DNA of 64,000 nt from Candidatus Eiseniibacteriota bacterium (lineage in GTDB: Bacteria; Eisenbacteria; RBG-16-71-46; CAZAMP01), in NCBI GenBank assembly GCA_965224245.1, contig OZ245046.1, positions 2,432,001 to 2,496,000 on the forward strand. The letters run 5' to 3'. This document shows, in pieces, positions 1-9,634 of this stretch (position 1 is its first letter; every line of letters starts with the position of its first letter). Under the pieces are notes generated by a model that saw only the letters and a program-made list of their open reading frames with translations, was not told the origin of the DNA and searched no databases. Made by a program: the position numbers and the translations under genes.

Positions 1-1506
1 CGTCTGCCGCGGCCGACCACGCTCGAACTCGGCGGCATCCGAGACGAGCTCGACCCGCACCGGCTCGGCGCGGCTGGTCTTGCGAGCTCTCTGAGACCCT
101 GACGTCGGCAGGTACCCGACGTTCTCGACCACGGCCAGCACGTGCCAGCGATCGGTGCCGACCGGCGTGACCCGCACGTCCACCCAGCGGAGCCGGGGCG
201 CCATCGACGCCATGCCCACCACGAACGGCGCCTGCCGCGCGATCTCGCTCTCCAGGAGCGCCGGCGGCGGATTCCGCCACGAGAAGAGGAAGTCCCAGCC
301 GCCGATCTCGACCGGCCCCAGCTCGGGATGCTCGAAGGGACGCCACTCGACGAGCGCGTCCGGCGCGTGCTCGGTCACGAACGACAGGATGCGATGGTCG
401 TCCTCGACGGGGTGGGTCCGCGACCACTCGATGAACTTCAGGTCCTTTCGCTTGGTCTCGATGCCCGATGCCGTCGGCAGGTCCCACAGCTCGACGGTGA
501 GCGCGAACGCCCCGAGATGGTCGTAGAGCCAGTCGTCGAACGCCCCGCCCATCGTCTCCTTCGGGTGATAGCGGAAGTGATGGAACACCGACACGCACGG
601 GTACTCGGTCAGCTCGGTGCCCAGCTCTCCAATCGCGTCGAAGACCCAGAGGTCGTGCGTGTCCATCTGCTCGTCCGACCGGTCGCTGAACGGACGCAGC
701 AGCACGCGGCCGTAGGTGTGGAACGTGATCGCCCCGAACACGTTCGGATGCGTGGTCATGAAGTCGATCACGGCGCGGATCTCCGGCTCGGAGCCCGGGA
801 AGTCGCCGGCGCCCAGCTGCTCGCCCTCGGGGCGCCAGCCCGCCGGGAAGTTGCGATTGAAGTCGAGCCCCCGATGCGCACGCGCCATCTCGATGGTGTA
901 GCCGTCGTAGCTCTCGACCCGGCCCTCGGGCAGCACGCGGTAGTACGTACCGCCATTCTCGTGCGGTGCTCGCTTGACCAGGAGCCGGGGGTCTCGATCG
1001 GACACCTTCCAGTCGCCCGCGGCATCCCGGATGCGCATCTGGAGGACGCGACCGTCACCGTCGACGTCCTCGACGTGCAGACCATCGGCCCGTCGATCCT
1101 CCGGATACGGGCGGGTGCCCGATCGCAGGATCTCGGGCGGCCGGGCCAGGGCGCGGGCCGCCCCGTCGGGATTCAGGCGGGGCACGACGTAGAACACCTG
1201 CTCGTCGACCACCCGCGTGATCTCCGGATCCGAGCCGTGGCCGCGGAGGAGGTGGTCGATCAGATACAGCGCCGCCATCGACGCCGTCACCTCGGTGGCG
1301 TGGATGTTTCCGTCCACCCAGAAGGCGGGCTTGTCGGTGTCGGGGCCCGTATCGCGATTGGTGACGACGCAGAGCGGGATCTCGGCGCCCTCGAACGACC
1401 GCCCGAGCACGCGTCGCTCGACCAGCGACGGATGCGCCTCGATCCAGTGATCCAGCATCGCGCCGAGCGCGGCGTTGTCGCAGTAGGTGTCGAAGCGAAT
1501 CTCCAC
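1..1506 (-). CDS. M14 family zinc carboxypeptidase (3' end runs off window)
   Basis: Not in the ORF track because it runs off the window edge. My translation from GTG 1506 (RBS GAAGGAG) gives VEIRFDTY...LGRSFEG...KPAFWVDGNIHATE...VPRLNPDG...ITFHTY, containing the M14 HxxE and second His zinc ligands. The + strand ORF 142..1617 is its antisense shadow. Confidence 0.88.
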   Translation of the reverse strand, partial: MEIRFDTYCDNAALGAMLDHWIEAHPSLVERRVLGRSFEGAEIPLCVVTNRDTGPDTDKPAFWVDGNIHATEVTASMAALYLIDHLLRGHGSDPEITRVVDEQVFYVVPRLNPDGAARALARPPEILRSGTRPYPEDRRADGLHVEDVDGDGRVLQMRIRDAAGDWKVSDRDPRLLVKRAPHENGGTYYRVLPEGRVESYDGYTIEMARAHRGLDFNRNFPAGWRPEGEQLGAGDFPGSEPEIRAVIDFMTTHPNVFGAITFHTYGRVLLRPFSDRSDEQMDTHDLWVFDAIGELGTELTEYPCVSVFHHFRYHPKETMGGAFDDWLYDHLGAFALTVELWDLPTASGIETKRKDLKFIEWSRTHPVEDDHRILSFVTEHAPDALVEWRPFEHPELGPVEIGGWDFLFSWRNPPPALLESEIARQAPFVVGMASMAPRLRWVDVRVTPVGTDRWHVLAVVENVGYLPTSGSQRARKTSRAEPVRVELVSDAAEFERGRPRQT

Positions 1507-1576
1507 CGATCGGCTCCTTCCCGTGTGGCGCGGCACCGCCGAGAGACGCAACCGAGGCGGCGTCCGCGCGAGGTGA

Positions 1577-2110
1577 TCAGCGATCGCCCTGGAATCGCGA
1601 CCGCATCGCTCGTGTGAACGTCTCCGACTCGCCCCTCGGAATGCTCAACGACTCCCACTGATCGTCCACGAGGTGCCGGGCGATCACGATGATCTGGCCG
1701 ACGTGATACGCGGTGTGTGCCAGGCTCCGGTGCATCGCCGCGATCACCGTGTGAGGCTCGCCCCGGATCGAGACGGTCCGATCCAGGTCCGTGGGGGTGA
1801 GCCGCGACAGCTCGTCGAACACGACGTCCCACGCGGCCTGCCATCGCGCGCGAAGCACGGCCGGCGTGTCGTCGTCGCCGACGACGAACTCCGAGTCACG
1901 ATCGCGATCGGGCTTCTCGCCGTCGGTCGTCAGGAAGTCGGACCAGCGCGAGCGGAGGTTGCCGCTCACGTGCTTGAGGAGCGTCGCGATCGCGTTGGAC
2001 TCCACCCCCAGCGCCAGCCGGTAGTCGTCGTCTGACACCTGTGCGAGCGCACGATCACCCAGCGTCTTGTAGCGGCGAAACTCGAACTCGATCGATTCGA
2101 GCGCGTCCAT
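1577..2110 (-). CDS. DUF1572/DinB-like protein
   Basis: MDALESIEFEFRRYKTLGDRALAQV...SNAIATLLKHVSGNLRSRWSDFLTTDGEKPDRDRDSEF...HTAYHVGQI. ATG at 2110; the track ORF's upstream extension is spurious. Confidence 0.85.
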   Translation of the reverse strand: MDALESIEFEFRRYKTLGDRALAQVSDDDYRLALGVESNAIATLLKHVSGNLRSRWSDFLTTDGEKPDRDRDSEFVVGDDDTPAVLRARWQAAWDVVFDELSRLTPTDLDRTVSIRGEPHTVIAAMHRSLAHTAYHVGQIIVIARHLVDDQWESLSIPRGESETFTRAMRSRFQGDR

Positions 2111-2154
2111 GGCCTGAGTCCTCCGATCTCCGCACGCTCGGTAGGGACGCCCGG

Positions 2155-3597
2155 TCAGTCGAACAGACGATAGGATACCCAGCGCGTTCGACCGCGATCC
2201 ACCTCGACCCCCGTGAGCGTCACACGCTCGACGACTCCGCCGCCACCGCTCCGGCTCGTCAACGTCAAATCGTGTATGCCCGCGGGGACGGTCATCCGGG
2301 CCAGGAAGACGTCGCGGGGCAGGTTTCGCCAGCTCCGCACGTCCGCGCGCTCGGTGACCGAGCCCAGGATGTCGACCACCAGCCCGAGTCCCTTGCCGCC
2401 GGCATCCTCGGCCTTTCTCCTGGCGATGTACTTGAGGAGAGCGCGCGCGATCGTACGGATCAGGATCGACGACTCGCGGTCGCGGAAGCTGCGCTCCGCG
2501 TTCGCCGCGAGATCCGAGACCCGCACGGCGCGCACCGGGGCCAGCGCGGGCGAGCCCGCGGAGACCCCGTCCGGGTCCGATGCCGAGGGCGCGACCGCGA
2601 CGTCCACCTCGCGCACCCGGGCCGGCACGTCCGTGAACACCGGATAGGCGATCGAGAGCAGGTACGCCAGCTCGGCCCTGGGCGGCCGCCGCCGGTGGTG
2701 GACGCGCCGGTAGGCGGAGCCGGCCACGAGCCAGACGTCGTGCTCCTCCCTGCTGTCGGTCTTCAGGATCGGAACGTCGATCCGAGCCTCTGACAGCGCG
2801 GGCACGAATCCGCTCTCGACGAGGACCAGCACCGTACCGTGGGACGGGTCGTGCTCGGGAAGCACGACGTCCGGGTATCGCTCGCGCCAGCGAACCACGT
2901 CGTCGGATCGCCCGAGCCGTGCGGCCGTGGTCAGAAGATCCTCGACGAGGACCTCGGGTACCCTCGGACCGCCGTCCTCGCGCTGGGCCGCGTAGATCGC
3001 TTCCGCCTTCTGGAACGACACGTAGGCGTCGTTCCACTCGCCGGCGTCCGCGTACAGGAGACCGGTGACGTACTGCACGAATGCGTCGTCGCGGTAGAGG
3101 GGGTCGGCCAGGTCGTCGGTGTAGAGCTCGAGGTTGGCGTTGGCCTTTCGTGCCTCGACGAGCGCGCTCTGTGGCGCGTCCAGCGCGATGTAGTTGAGCG
3201 CACGGTAGACGTGCACCATCACGCGTTCGAACGTGGCGCCGTCGTAGGGCCGGAGCGCATCGGACGTGACGAGCGACGCGATCTCGACCGAGAGGCTCTT
3301 CGTGTAGAGCTCGTCGATCAGACGCTCGGCCGTCTCGAAGGCCTCGTTTGACGCGACGTAATCCGCGGCGTAGTGAAGAACCAGCCCGCGCTCCAGGGCG
3401 ACGAGGAGCGCGTCGCCACCCTTCTCGACCTCGTCCAGCGCAGTCAGCGCATCGTCGTAGCGGCGCGCCACGAGGTCGCCGCGCGTCCGATCCGACACGC
3501 TGGTGTAGGAGGTCGCGCATCCGACGAGCAGAACCAGGCCCACGACCCACCCCGAGCGCGGACGCGCGCGCAGTGCGCGCGGACGCGCCCGGGTCAC
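2155..3597 (-). CDS. TPR-like lipoprotein of COG3014 type (commonly next to lpoB)
   Basis: Lipobox LLVGC, SNEAFETAE, RPYDGATFE, ALVEARK, ERADVRSWRNLP. GTG start overlaps the lpoB stop (GTGA). Confidence 0.72.
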   Translation of the reverse strand: MTRARPRALRARPRSGWVVGLVLLVGCATSYTSVSDRTRGDLVARRYDDALTALDEVEKGGDALLVALERGLVLHYAADYVASNEAFETAERLIDELYTKSLSVEIASLVTSDALRPYDGATFERVMVHVYRALNYIALDAPQSALVEARKANANLELYTDDLADPLYRDDAFVQYVTGLLYADAGEWNDAYVSFQKAEAIYAAQREDGGPRVPEVLVEDLLTTAARLGRSDDVVRWRERYPDVVLPEHDPSHGTVLVLVESGFVPALSEARIDVPILKTDSREEHDVWLVAGSAYRRVHHRRRPPRAELAYLLSIAYPVFTDVPARVREVDVAVAPSASDPDGVSAGSPALAPVRAVRVSDLAANAERSFRDRESSILIRTIARALLKYIARRKAEDAGGKGLGLVVDILGSVTERADVRSWRNLPRDVFLARMTVPAGIHDLTLTSRSGGGGVVERVTLTGVEVDRGRTRWVSYRLFD

Positions 3598-4199
3598 GGC
3601 TTGAACCGTCCCCGCGTGATCCCCTTCTTGATCTTCTCGACGTCGGTCCACGTGAGCAGGTTGGTCTCGATGTCGAAGAGCTTCAGATCGATCTGGTAGA
3701 ACGCGACGCGGGCGCCCTCCTCCTGGTCGAGGATGCTGTTGATCTCGCCCACGAGCATGTAGTCGGCACCGAGCTCGCGACCGAGTCGTTTCACGGTCTC
3801 GGGGTCGGCGTTCTCCAGCTGGTCGAGACGCTCGTCACGCACCTGGTCTCGCTCCCCCGCGTCGGCCACGACCTGGACCTGACCGCTGTTCACGAACGCG
3901 CGCTGGAGATCGTTCAGAAACGTCCGGACGTTGATGTGCTCGGTCGTGTTGTTGCGGATGCTGCCGGCGATGACGACCGGGTTGCGCCCGCTCCTGCGAT
4001 GAAAGTCCGCGAGCCAGCGTCCCTCCAGCGAGGACCCGATCATCTGCTCGGCCACCAGGCGGCTGTCGGTGTCGTTCCAGCGACCCGAGAGGTCGGTGAC
4101 GGTACCGGGATCCAGTCGCGTGACCTCTCGCTTGGCGCAGCCGACGGTTCCGCCGGCGATCCACACCGCGCAGATCGCGCACAGTATCCAACGAGCCAC
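3594..4199 (-). CDS. lpoB: Penicillin-binding protein activator LpoB family lipoprotein
   Basis: Lipobox TVGC, DLSGRWNDTDSR, IRNNTTEHIN, GADYMLVGEINSI, FYQIDLKL. RBS AAGGAGG. Confidence 0.82.
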   Translation of the reverse strand: MARWILCAICAVWIAGGTVGCAKREVTRLDPGTVTDLSGRWNDTDSRLVAEQMIGSSLEGRWLADFHRRSGRNPVVIAGSIRNNTTEHINVRTFLNDLQRAFVNSGQVQVVADAGERDQVRDERLDQLENADPETVKRLGRELGADYMLVGEINSILDQEEGARVAFYQIDLKLFDIETNLLTWTDVEKIKKGITRGRFKP

Positions 4200-4285
4200 G
4201 GGGTCCTCCTTGCGGTCGAGTCGCGACCGGGTTGGGGCGTCGCACGAGGCAGGCAGGGCCGATCGCCACCGCGATCGAACGAACG

Positions 4286-4314
4286 AGTCTCCGAGAGACC
4301 GGCTGCGATGTCAA
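4286..4314 (-). promoter_or_regulatory. Putative sigma70 promoter for lpoB operon
   Basis: TTGACA-17 nt-GAGACT on the minus strand upstream of lpoB. Confidence 0.4.
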
Positions 4315-4376
4315 CCGATCCCTGGCGCTACTCAACCCGTGCCGCGCGGGGAGGTTCCGCCGGCGGCCTCGGGACG

Positions 4377-5729
4377 TCATGTCCGGAGCTCGTGCCCCTG
4401 GTGGACGTGCTTCTGGACCTGAGGATCGAGCCGGTCCAGATACGCGGGGTTCTCGGTGGCGATCCGGATGTACGCGCGCAGGCAGGCTCCGTAGAAGTGG
4501 CGGAGGTTGTCACACACGTGCTCGAGCTTCGAGAAGTCGTGGCTGCCCGAGACCATCGCCTCGTGGTAGCACCCGCCACCGCATAGATGGCGAAGCCAGC
4601 ACGGGGCACAGTACTCCTTCATCCGGACGTTGTTGCCGCGGATGAAGCGGTTGCGGAAGTCGTGGTCGATGCCCTCTTCGATCGTGCCCACACTGTAGCG
4701 ATCGTCACCCACGAAGCGATGGCACGCGTAGAGCTTCCCGTCGGCATCGCTTCCCACGAGTCCGAGCGTGGCCCCGCACGGGTAGTCGCGCACCGATCCC
4801 TCGTGGAACCGCTTGACGAGGCTTGCCACGTTGGAGAATCCGAAGTGGCGGCCGGCGATCGCCTCGTCGGCGAACGTGTCGGCCAGACGGGCCAGTCCCT
4901 CGTTCAGGGCCGCGTAGTCGTCGTCGGTGAACCTCATGCCGGGCTTCTCGACCGAGGCCACGCTCGCGGCCACCTCGTAGAAGCCCATGCCGATCAGGTG
5001 CCGGACGATGTGCTCGACGTCGGCGTTGGCGTGGGTCATCGTGGCCCGTGCCCCCACCTTGAACGGACGGTGCTTGAAGCCGTCGAGAAGGGCGGCGATC
5101 TTCGGAATGATGGAGTCGTAGCTGCCCTTGGACCGATCGCCGACCCAGGGACGTCGGAGGTCGTTCCCCTCCCGGTCGCCGTCGATGCTGACGGTGGTCT
5201 GGACGTCGTACTCGACGAGGAAGTCGATGGCCTCCCGATCGAGCAGGGTGGCGTTGGTGGTCACGGTGAAGGTGACCTCCTTGCCCAGCTCGGCCCCCCG
5301 CTCACGGGCGTGGGCGGCCGCCGCCTTCATGACCGGGAAGTTCATGAAGGGCTCGCCCCCGAAGAACGTGATGGTCACCCGCCTGGCGTCGTCCCCGGCC
5401 TGCCCCAGGAGGAAGTCCACCTGGCGGAGCGCCTCCGAGCGCGTCATCCGGGCCGCGATGGGGGTGGGCGTGTGGTCCTCGAACACGTAGCAGTACGTGC
5501 AGCCGAGATTGCACTCTCCGAGGAGGCTCATCGACAGCGTCTTGACGCTGACCCTCTCGCTCTCGAAACGCCCCGGCGGCGGCGCCGCCGACGCGGCCCG
5601 CTTGCGAAGATCGGACTCGGTGGGAAGCCCATGACCGTTCTCCGACTCGGCCTCGCCGAAGATCTCTCCGGTCTCGACCAGGTACACGTACTCCTTGCCA
5701 CCGACCTCGACGATCTTCGTATCCGCCAA
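4377..5729 (-). CDS. Radical SAM/SPASM peptide maturase, QhpD/ranthipeptide (thioether-forming)-like
   Basis: CNLGCTYC, FFGGEP, TTNATLL, VSIDG; SPASM PCGA...YACHRF...CAPCWLRHLCGGGCYHE...C. TTG start after GGAGGAGG. Confidence 0.85.
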   Translation of the reverse strand: MADTKIVEVGGKEYVYLVETGEIFGEAESENGHGLPTESDLRKRAASAAPPPGRFESERVSVKTLSMSLLGECNLGCTYCYVFEDHTPTPIAARMTRSEALRQVDFLLGQAGDDARRVTITFFGGEPFMNFPVMKAAAAHARERGAELGKEVTFTVTTNATLLDREAIDFLVEYDVQTTVSIDGDREGNDLRRPWVGDRSKGSYDSIIPKIAALLDGFKHRPFKVGARATMTHANADVEHIVRHLIGMGFYEVAASVASVEKPGMRFTDDDYAALNEGLARLADTFADEAIAGRHFGFSNVASLVKRFHEGSVRDYPCGATLGLVGSDADGKLYACHRFVGDDRYSVGTIEEGIDHDFRNRFIRGNNVRMKEYCAPCWLRHLCGGGCYHEAMVSGSHDFSKLEHVCDNLRHFYGACLRAYIRIATENPAYLDRLDPQVQKHVHQGHELRT

Positions 5730-5993
5730 GTCTGCCTCCTCCGGGGGGTTGGGCGATCCGCTGGGGTGTTCGCGAGTTGGCGGAGTATAGCAGATGCCCG
5801 ACGTCCGGTCGCCGCGCCCGCCCGGGCGGGGCGGCGCACCGGCGCCCAACCGGCACCGACGCGGCCGTTGACCCCCCGGATTCGCTTCCCTAGAATGCGC
5901 CGTTCGGCGGTTGCCCTCGGAAAAGGCGCCGCCGTTTCTTTGGACCATTCCCGTACCAGCGGTTCTCCGTGTCCCCCGTGAAAGGAGCCATCC

Positions 5994-6947
5994 ATGAGCG
6001 CTGTCGCCGAGGCGGCGCGGGCGGCGATGACCAAGTGCCTGGCCGTGCAAGCTGAGGACTACGTGCTCGTCGTCACCGACGAGACGTGTCAGGAGATCGG
6101 CCTGACGTTTCGGGACGTTGCGCAGTCACTGGAAGCCGAGACGCTCTTTCTCCAGTATCGCTCGCGCGAGCATCACGGGGACGAGCCGCCGATCGGGGTG
6201 GCCGAGATCATGCGCGAGATGGACGTCGTCCTGGCCCCGACGAAGATGTCGATCAGCCACACCGACGCGCGCCGTCGTGCGTGCAAGGCGGGGGCCCGCA
6301 TCGCGACCCTGCCCGGCGTCACGCCCGAGATGCTCGAACGCTGCTTCGGCGGGGACATCGACGCGGTCGCGGCGCGGGTCCGCGAGATCGCGCGGGCCAT
6401 GCAGGGGCGCGCCGAGGTCCACGTCACCGACGAGGACGGGAGCGACCTCCGGTTCTCGATGGACGGCGCGCGCGTGTTCCAGGACACCGGCATGATCCGG
6501 CAGCCGGGCGACTTCGGCACGCTTCCCCCCGGCAAGGCCGCGGTGGCGCCGGTCGAGGGCAGTGCCCGGGGCGACATCGTCATTCGCGGGACCATGTTCG
6601 GCCGCAAGCTCGAGGACGAGCCGCTCCGGCTCCGCATCGAGGGCGGCCGCGTCGTGGGCGTGGAGGGCGGCGAGGCCGCCGCACGTCTGAACTCGGTCTT
6701 CGAGGCGTTCGGCGACGATGCACGCACGCTGTCGGAGTTCGGGCTCGGCGCGCACGACCACGCGATCCTGACCGGCAATCCTCTCGAGGACGAGAAGGTC
6801 CAGGGCACCATGTACCTGGCGTTCGGCAACAATCGCTCGCTCGGCGGATCCATCGAGGTCGCCGTACACGAGGTGGCCGTCCTGACCGACAACAAGGTCA
6901 CGCTGGACGGTCGAACGCTCCTGGAGAACGGCGTCCTGTCCCTGTAG
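5994..6947 (+). CDS. M29 (aminopeptidase T/AmpS-like) family protein, metal ligands partly lost
   Basis: SHTDARRRAC, GSDLRFS, GTLPPGK, SEFGLG, LEDEKVQGT, AFGNNRSLGG. RBS AAGGAG. Confidence 0.8.
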   Translation: MSAVAEAARAAMTKCLAVQAEDYVLVVTDETCQEIGLTFRDVAQSLEAETLFLQYRSREHHGDEPPIGVAEIMREMDVVLAPTKMSISHTDARRRACKAGARIATLPGVTPEMLERCFGGDIDAVAARVREIARAMQGRAEVHVTDEDGSDLRFSMDGARVFQDTGMIRQPGDFGTLPPGKAAVAPVEGSARGDIVIRGTMFGRKLEDEPLRLRIEGGRVVGVEGGEAAARLNSVFEAFGDDARTLSEFGLGAHDHAILTGNPLEDEKVQGTMYLAFGNNRSLGGSIEVAVHEVAVLTDNKVTLDGRTLLENGVLSL

Positions 6948-6979
6948 CTCGCGAGTCGGCGGCTCGTCCGGCCACGCGA

Positions 6980-7759
6980 TCAGTCGGAGCCGGCCCCCGT
7001 GGGGTCGGCCTCCGGCGCCCCCCCTGACCGATCCAGAAGCGACAGGCGATCGCGGGCCAGGACGGCCTCCTCGGAGTCGGGGTACGTCGAGATCACCGAC
7101 TCGAGATAGCGCCTCGCCGCGTCGAGGTCGTCCAGCTCGATGAACGAGAACCCCAGCTTCAGACGCGCGGCCGGAACCTTGTCCGCGGAGGGGTATGTGT
7201 CCATCAGACGTACGAAGGCCTCGACGGCCCGGTTGAAGTCGCCCTCGGCGTAGTAGCACTCTCCGATCCAGTAGATCGCGTTGTCCGCGAGCTCGTGGGC
7301 GGGATGCCGGCGGAGGAACGTCTCGAACCGCTGGATGGCCTCGGACAGGTTGCCGATGGTGACCTCGTGGTACGCGGCCTCGTACTGCGCCCGCGCGTTC
7401 TCGAGGGTCGGATCGGGCGCCGTCGGCCGGCGCCCAGCGCGAATGGACGAGTCACCCAGGCGACCCAGCACGTCGAAGATCTGGTTCTCGATCTGGGTGA
7501 GGCGGGTCTCGAGGTCTTCGAGGCGCAGGAGGGTCTCGGCGTTCGCGTCGGCCATCCGCTCCGTCAACGCGTCCTGTGACGCCGACACGGCATCGAGCTT
7601 CCTGGACGCTCGCGCCTGCCCGGCGAGCACGTCGTCGAGGCGCGTGTCCACCGGTGGAGGGCTGCCGCACCCGCCGAGCCCGGCGAGTCCGGCGAGCCCC
7701 ACGGCGAGGGTCGCGCCGACCCGGAGCGATCGGCGCGACGACCACGAGCCTCGACGCAT
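6980..7759 (-). CDS. cpoB: Tol-Pal system protein CpoB/YbgF (coiled coil + TPR lipoprotein)
   Basis: Lipobox LGGC, coiled coil, ADNAIYWIGECYY, YPSADKVPAARLKLG. Lies downstream of pal. Confidence 0.88.
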   Translation of the reverse strand: MRRGSWSSRRSLRVGATLAVGLAGLAGLGGCGSPPPVDTRLDDVLAGQARASRKLDAVSASQDALTERMADANAETLLRLEDLETRLTQIENQIFDVLGRLGDSSIRAGRRPTAPDPTLENARAQYEAAYHEVTIGNLSEAIQRFETFLRRHPAHELADNAIYWIGECYYAEGDFNRAVEAFVRLMDTYPSADKVPAARLKLGFSFIELDDLDAARRYLESVISTYPDSEEAVLARDRLSLLDRSGGAPEADPTGAGSD

Positions 7760-7769
7760 CGGAGGGCGC

Positions 7770-8282
7770 TCAGCCCTGAACGCGGAAGTGCGAGCGGCGA
7801 TTCTTCGACCAGGCATCCTCGGTGTGCCGCGGGTCGACCGGGCGCTCCTCACCGTAGCTGACCGTGCTGAGGCGTGCCGCATCGATGCCCTTGCCGATCA
7901 GGTACTGCATGGTGGCCTGGGCCCGGCGCTGGCCGAGCGCCAGGTTGTAGTCCGGTGTCCCGCGCTCGTCACAGTGTCCCTCGATGACGATCCGCTCGTC
8001 GTCGTGGACCATCAGCTGCGAGGCGTTCGCGTCCAGCGTCCGGCGCGCGTCGCCGCGAATCTCGGCCTTGTCGAAGTCGAAGTAGATGTCCTCCAACAGG
8101 AGCGGCGGCGGAGGCGTCTCGGCCGGCTGCTCCATGGGCGGCGTCTCGATCGGCGTGTCCTGGACCACGTCGGCGGGCGGCGTGTCGACGTCCATGTCGG
8201 GAGGGGTCTTCTGGCCGCCGCAGCCCGATCCGACCGCCACCGTCATCACCGCGATCACCAACACGTTCACGAAGCGACTCAT
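7770..8282 (-). CDS. pal: Peptidoglycan-associated lipoprotein Pal
   Basis: Lipobox GSGC, IYFDFDKAEI, IEGHCDERGTPDYNLALGQRRA, VSYGEERP, AWSKNRR. Confidence 0.95.
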   Translation of the reverse strand: MSRFVNVLVIAVMTVAVGSGCGGQKTPPDMDVDTPPADVVQDTPIETPPMEQPAETPPPPLLLEDIYFDFDKAEIRGDARRTLDANASQLMVHDDERIVIEGHCDERGTPDYNLALGQRRAQATMQYLIGKGIDAARLSTVSYGEERPVDPRHTEDAWSKNRRSHFRVQG

Positions 8283-8341
8283 GTCAAGAACCTCCAGCGG
8301 TGGTCTCACCGCAAGTCGTGCAAACCGCCGCACCTGGCTAT

Positions 8342-9634
8342 TCATCGTTCTGGCGCACTGATCCAAGCCGGTCCATAACAATCACCTGGACCGGTTGTCA
8401 AGATCCGATCCCTGAAAGTGTCGACATCCACGACGTACAGGCGACGCTCGTCCCCTCGGAGCGCGCTGTAGACGATGTGGCGACTGTCCGGCGCCCAGCT
8501 CGGGCTCTCACAGTCACCGTTTGCGAAGACGATCGGCTCGAGCCTCGAGCCGTCGGCCGGCATGATGTACAGGTTGTGAATGTTCCCGTCCCTCGACACG
8601 AACGCGATCCGGTCTCCATCCGGCGACCAGGCCGGGGCCGCATTGTATCGACCCGTCAGCGTCAGCCGGGTCACGTCACGGCCGTCGGCGGTCATCCGGT
8701 ACACCTGCGGCGTGCCGGTCCGGTCCGAGACGAACGCGATGTGCCGGCCGTCGGGCGACCATGTCGGGGACGTGTCGATTCCGACCCCCCTCGTGAGCTG
8801 CCGGACGGTCGAGCCGTCGGCGTTGGCCAGGAAGATGTCGGCCTCGCCGGCCACCGACCCCGAGAACGCGAGTCGCGTCCCGTCGGGCGAGAACGCCGGC
8901 GAGCTGTAGCTCGACGTGCCCAGCGTGAGGATCCGCTCTCCGCCCCCGGCGAGGTCGATGAGCCCGATCTCCGGCCGGCCGCGCCGGTAGGTCGTGTACG
9001 CCACCCGCCGCCCGCGCCGGTCGACGTCGGCCATGATCGCCAGATCCCCATCGTACGTGAGCTGGCGGAGGTTCTCACCGTCGATGTCGACGATCCACAG
9101 CTCCTTCACCGGGCCGGACGCCTTCGCGAACACGAGCTTCGTGCGACTGATGCCCACCTGCCCGGTCAGGTTGGCCACGATGTCGTCGGCGAAGCGGTGT
9201 ACGGCGTCGCGCGCGGTGAGCTGGGAGAACGGGTACTCGGACTGGAAGACCAGGGGCTGGCCCGGGAAGCTCTCGACGCGGCCCCGGAGCAGCCAGGCTC
9301 CGCCCTGCTTCTCGACCACTCCCCTCACCAGCGCTTTCGCCTTGGGCGACGCGGGCTGGCCGGAGAAGCGGAAGCAGCGATTCACGTTGAAGAGATCCGA
9401 GAAGTCGAGATCGTCGTAGAGGATGTCGTCCAGGCGGCGCTGCCACGCGGGGGCGTCCCCGACCAGCCCGGGCAGGACGAAGTTCTCCATCTCGATGTCC
9501 ATCTTCTCGACGTCGCGGGCGACGGTGCCGGTGTCGATCAGCGGCGACTCGGACTGCGCCATGGACGCGACCGGAGCCAGCGCCAGGCAGATCGACAGCG
9601 CTCGCGCGAGCGCGCACGGGCCTCGGTGGGTCAT
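8342..9634 (-). CDS. tolB: Tol-Pal beta-propeller protein TolB
   Basis: DDLDFSDLF, VHRFADDIV, repeated PD40 motifs (SPAFSPDG, SPTWSPDG, APAWSPDG). ATG overlaps the upstream stop. Confidence 0.92.
   Translation of the reverse strand: MTHRGPCALARALSICLALAPVASMAQSESPLIDTGTVARDVEKMDIEMENFVLPGLVGDAPAWQRRLDDILYDDLDFSDLFNVNRCFRFSGQPASPKAKALVRGVVEKQGGAWLLRGRVESFPGQPLVFQSEYPFSQLTARDAVHRFADDIVANLTGQVGISRTKLVFAKASGPVKELWIVDIDGENLRQLTYDGDLAIMADVDRRGRRVAYTTYRRGRPEIGLIDLAGGGERILTLGTSSYSSPAFSPDGTRLAFSGSVAGEADIFLANADGSTVRQLTRGVGIDTSPTWSPDGRHIAFVSDRTGTPQVYRMTADGRDVTRLTLTGRYNAAPAWSPDGDRIAFVSRDGNIHNLYIMPADGSRLEPIVFANGDCESPSWAPDSRHIVYSALRGDERRLYVVDVDTFRDRILTTGPGDCYGPAWISAPER

Noticed and set aside
142-1617. Long track ORFs such as 142..1617(+), 4587..5981(+), 8300..9904(+), 43721..46003(+), 58082..59446(+)
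   Set aside because: Antisense or off-frame shadows of real genes, typical of ~70% GC DNA; Arg/Pro-rich with no motifs.
4200-5993. RiPP precursor peptide flanking the radical SAM gene
   Set aside because: The flanking intergenic segments contain promoter- and RBS-like features, but I found no small Cys-rich ORF with an RBS.
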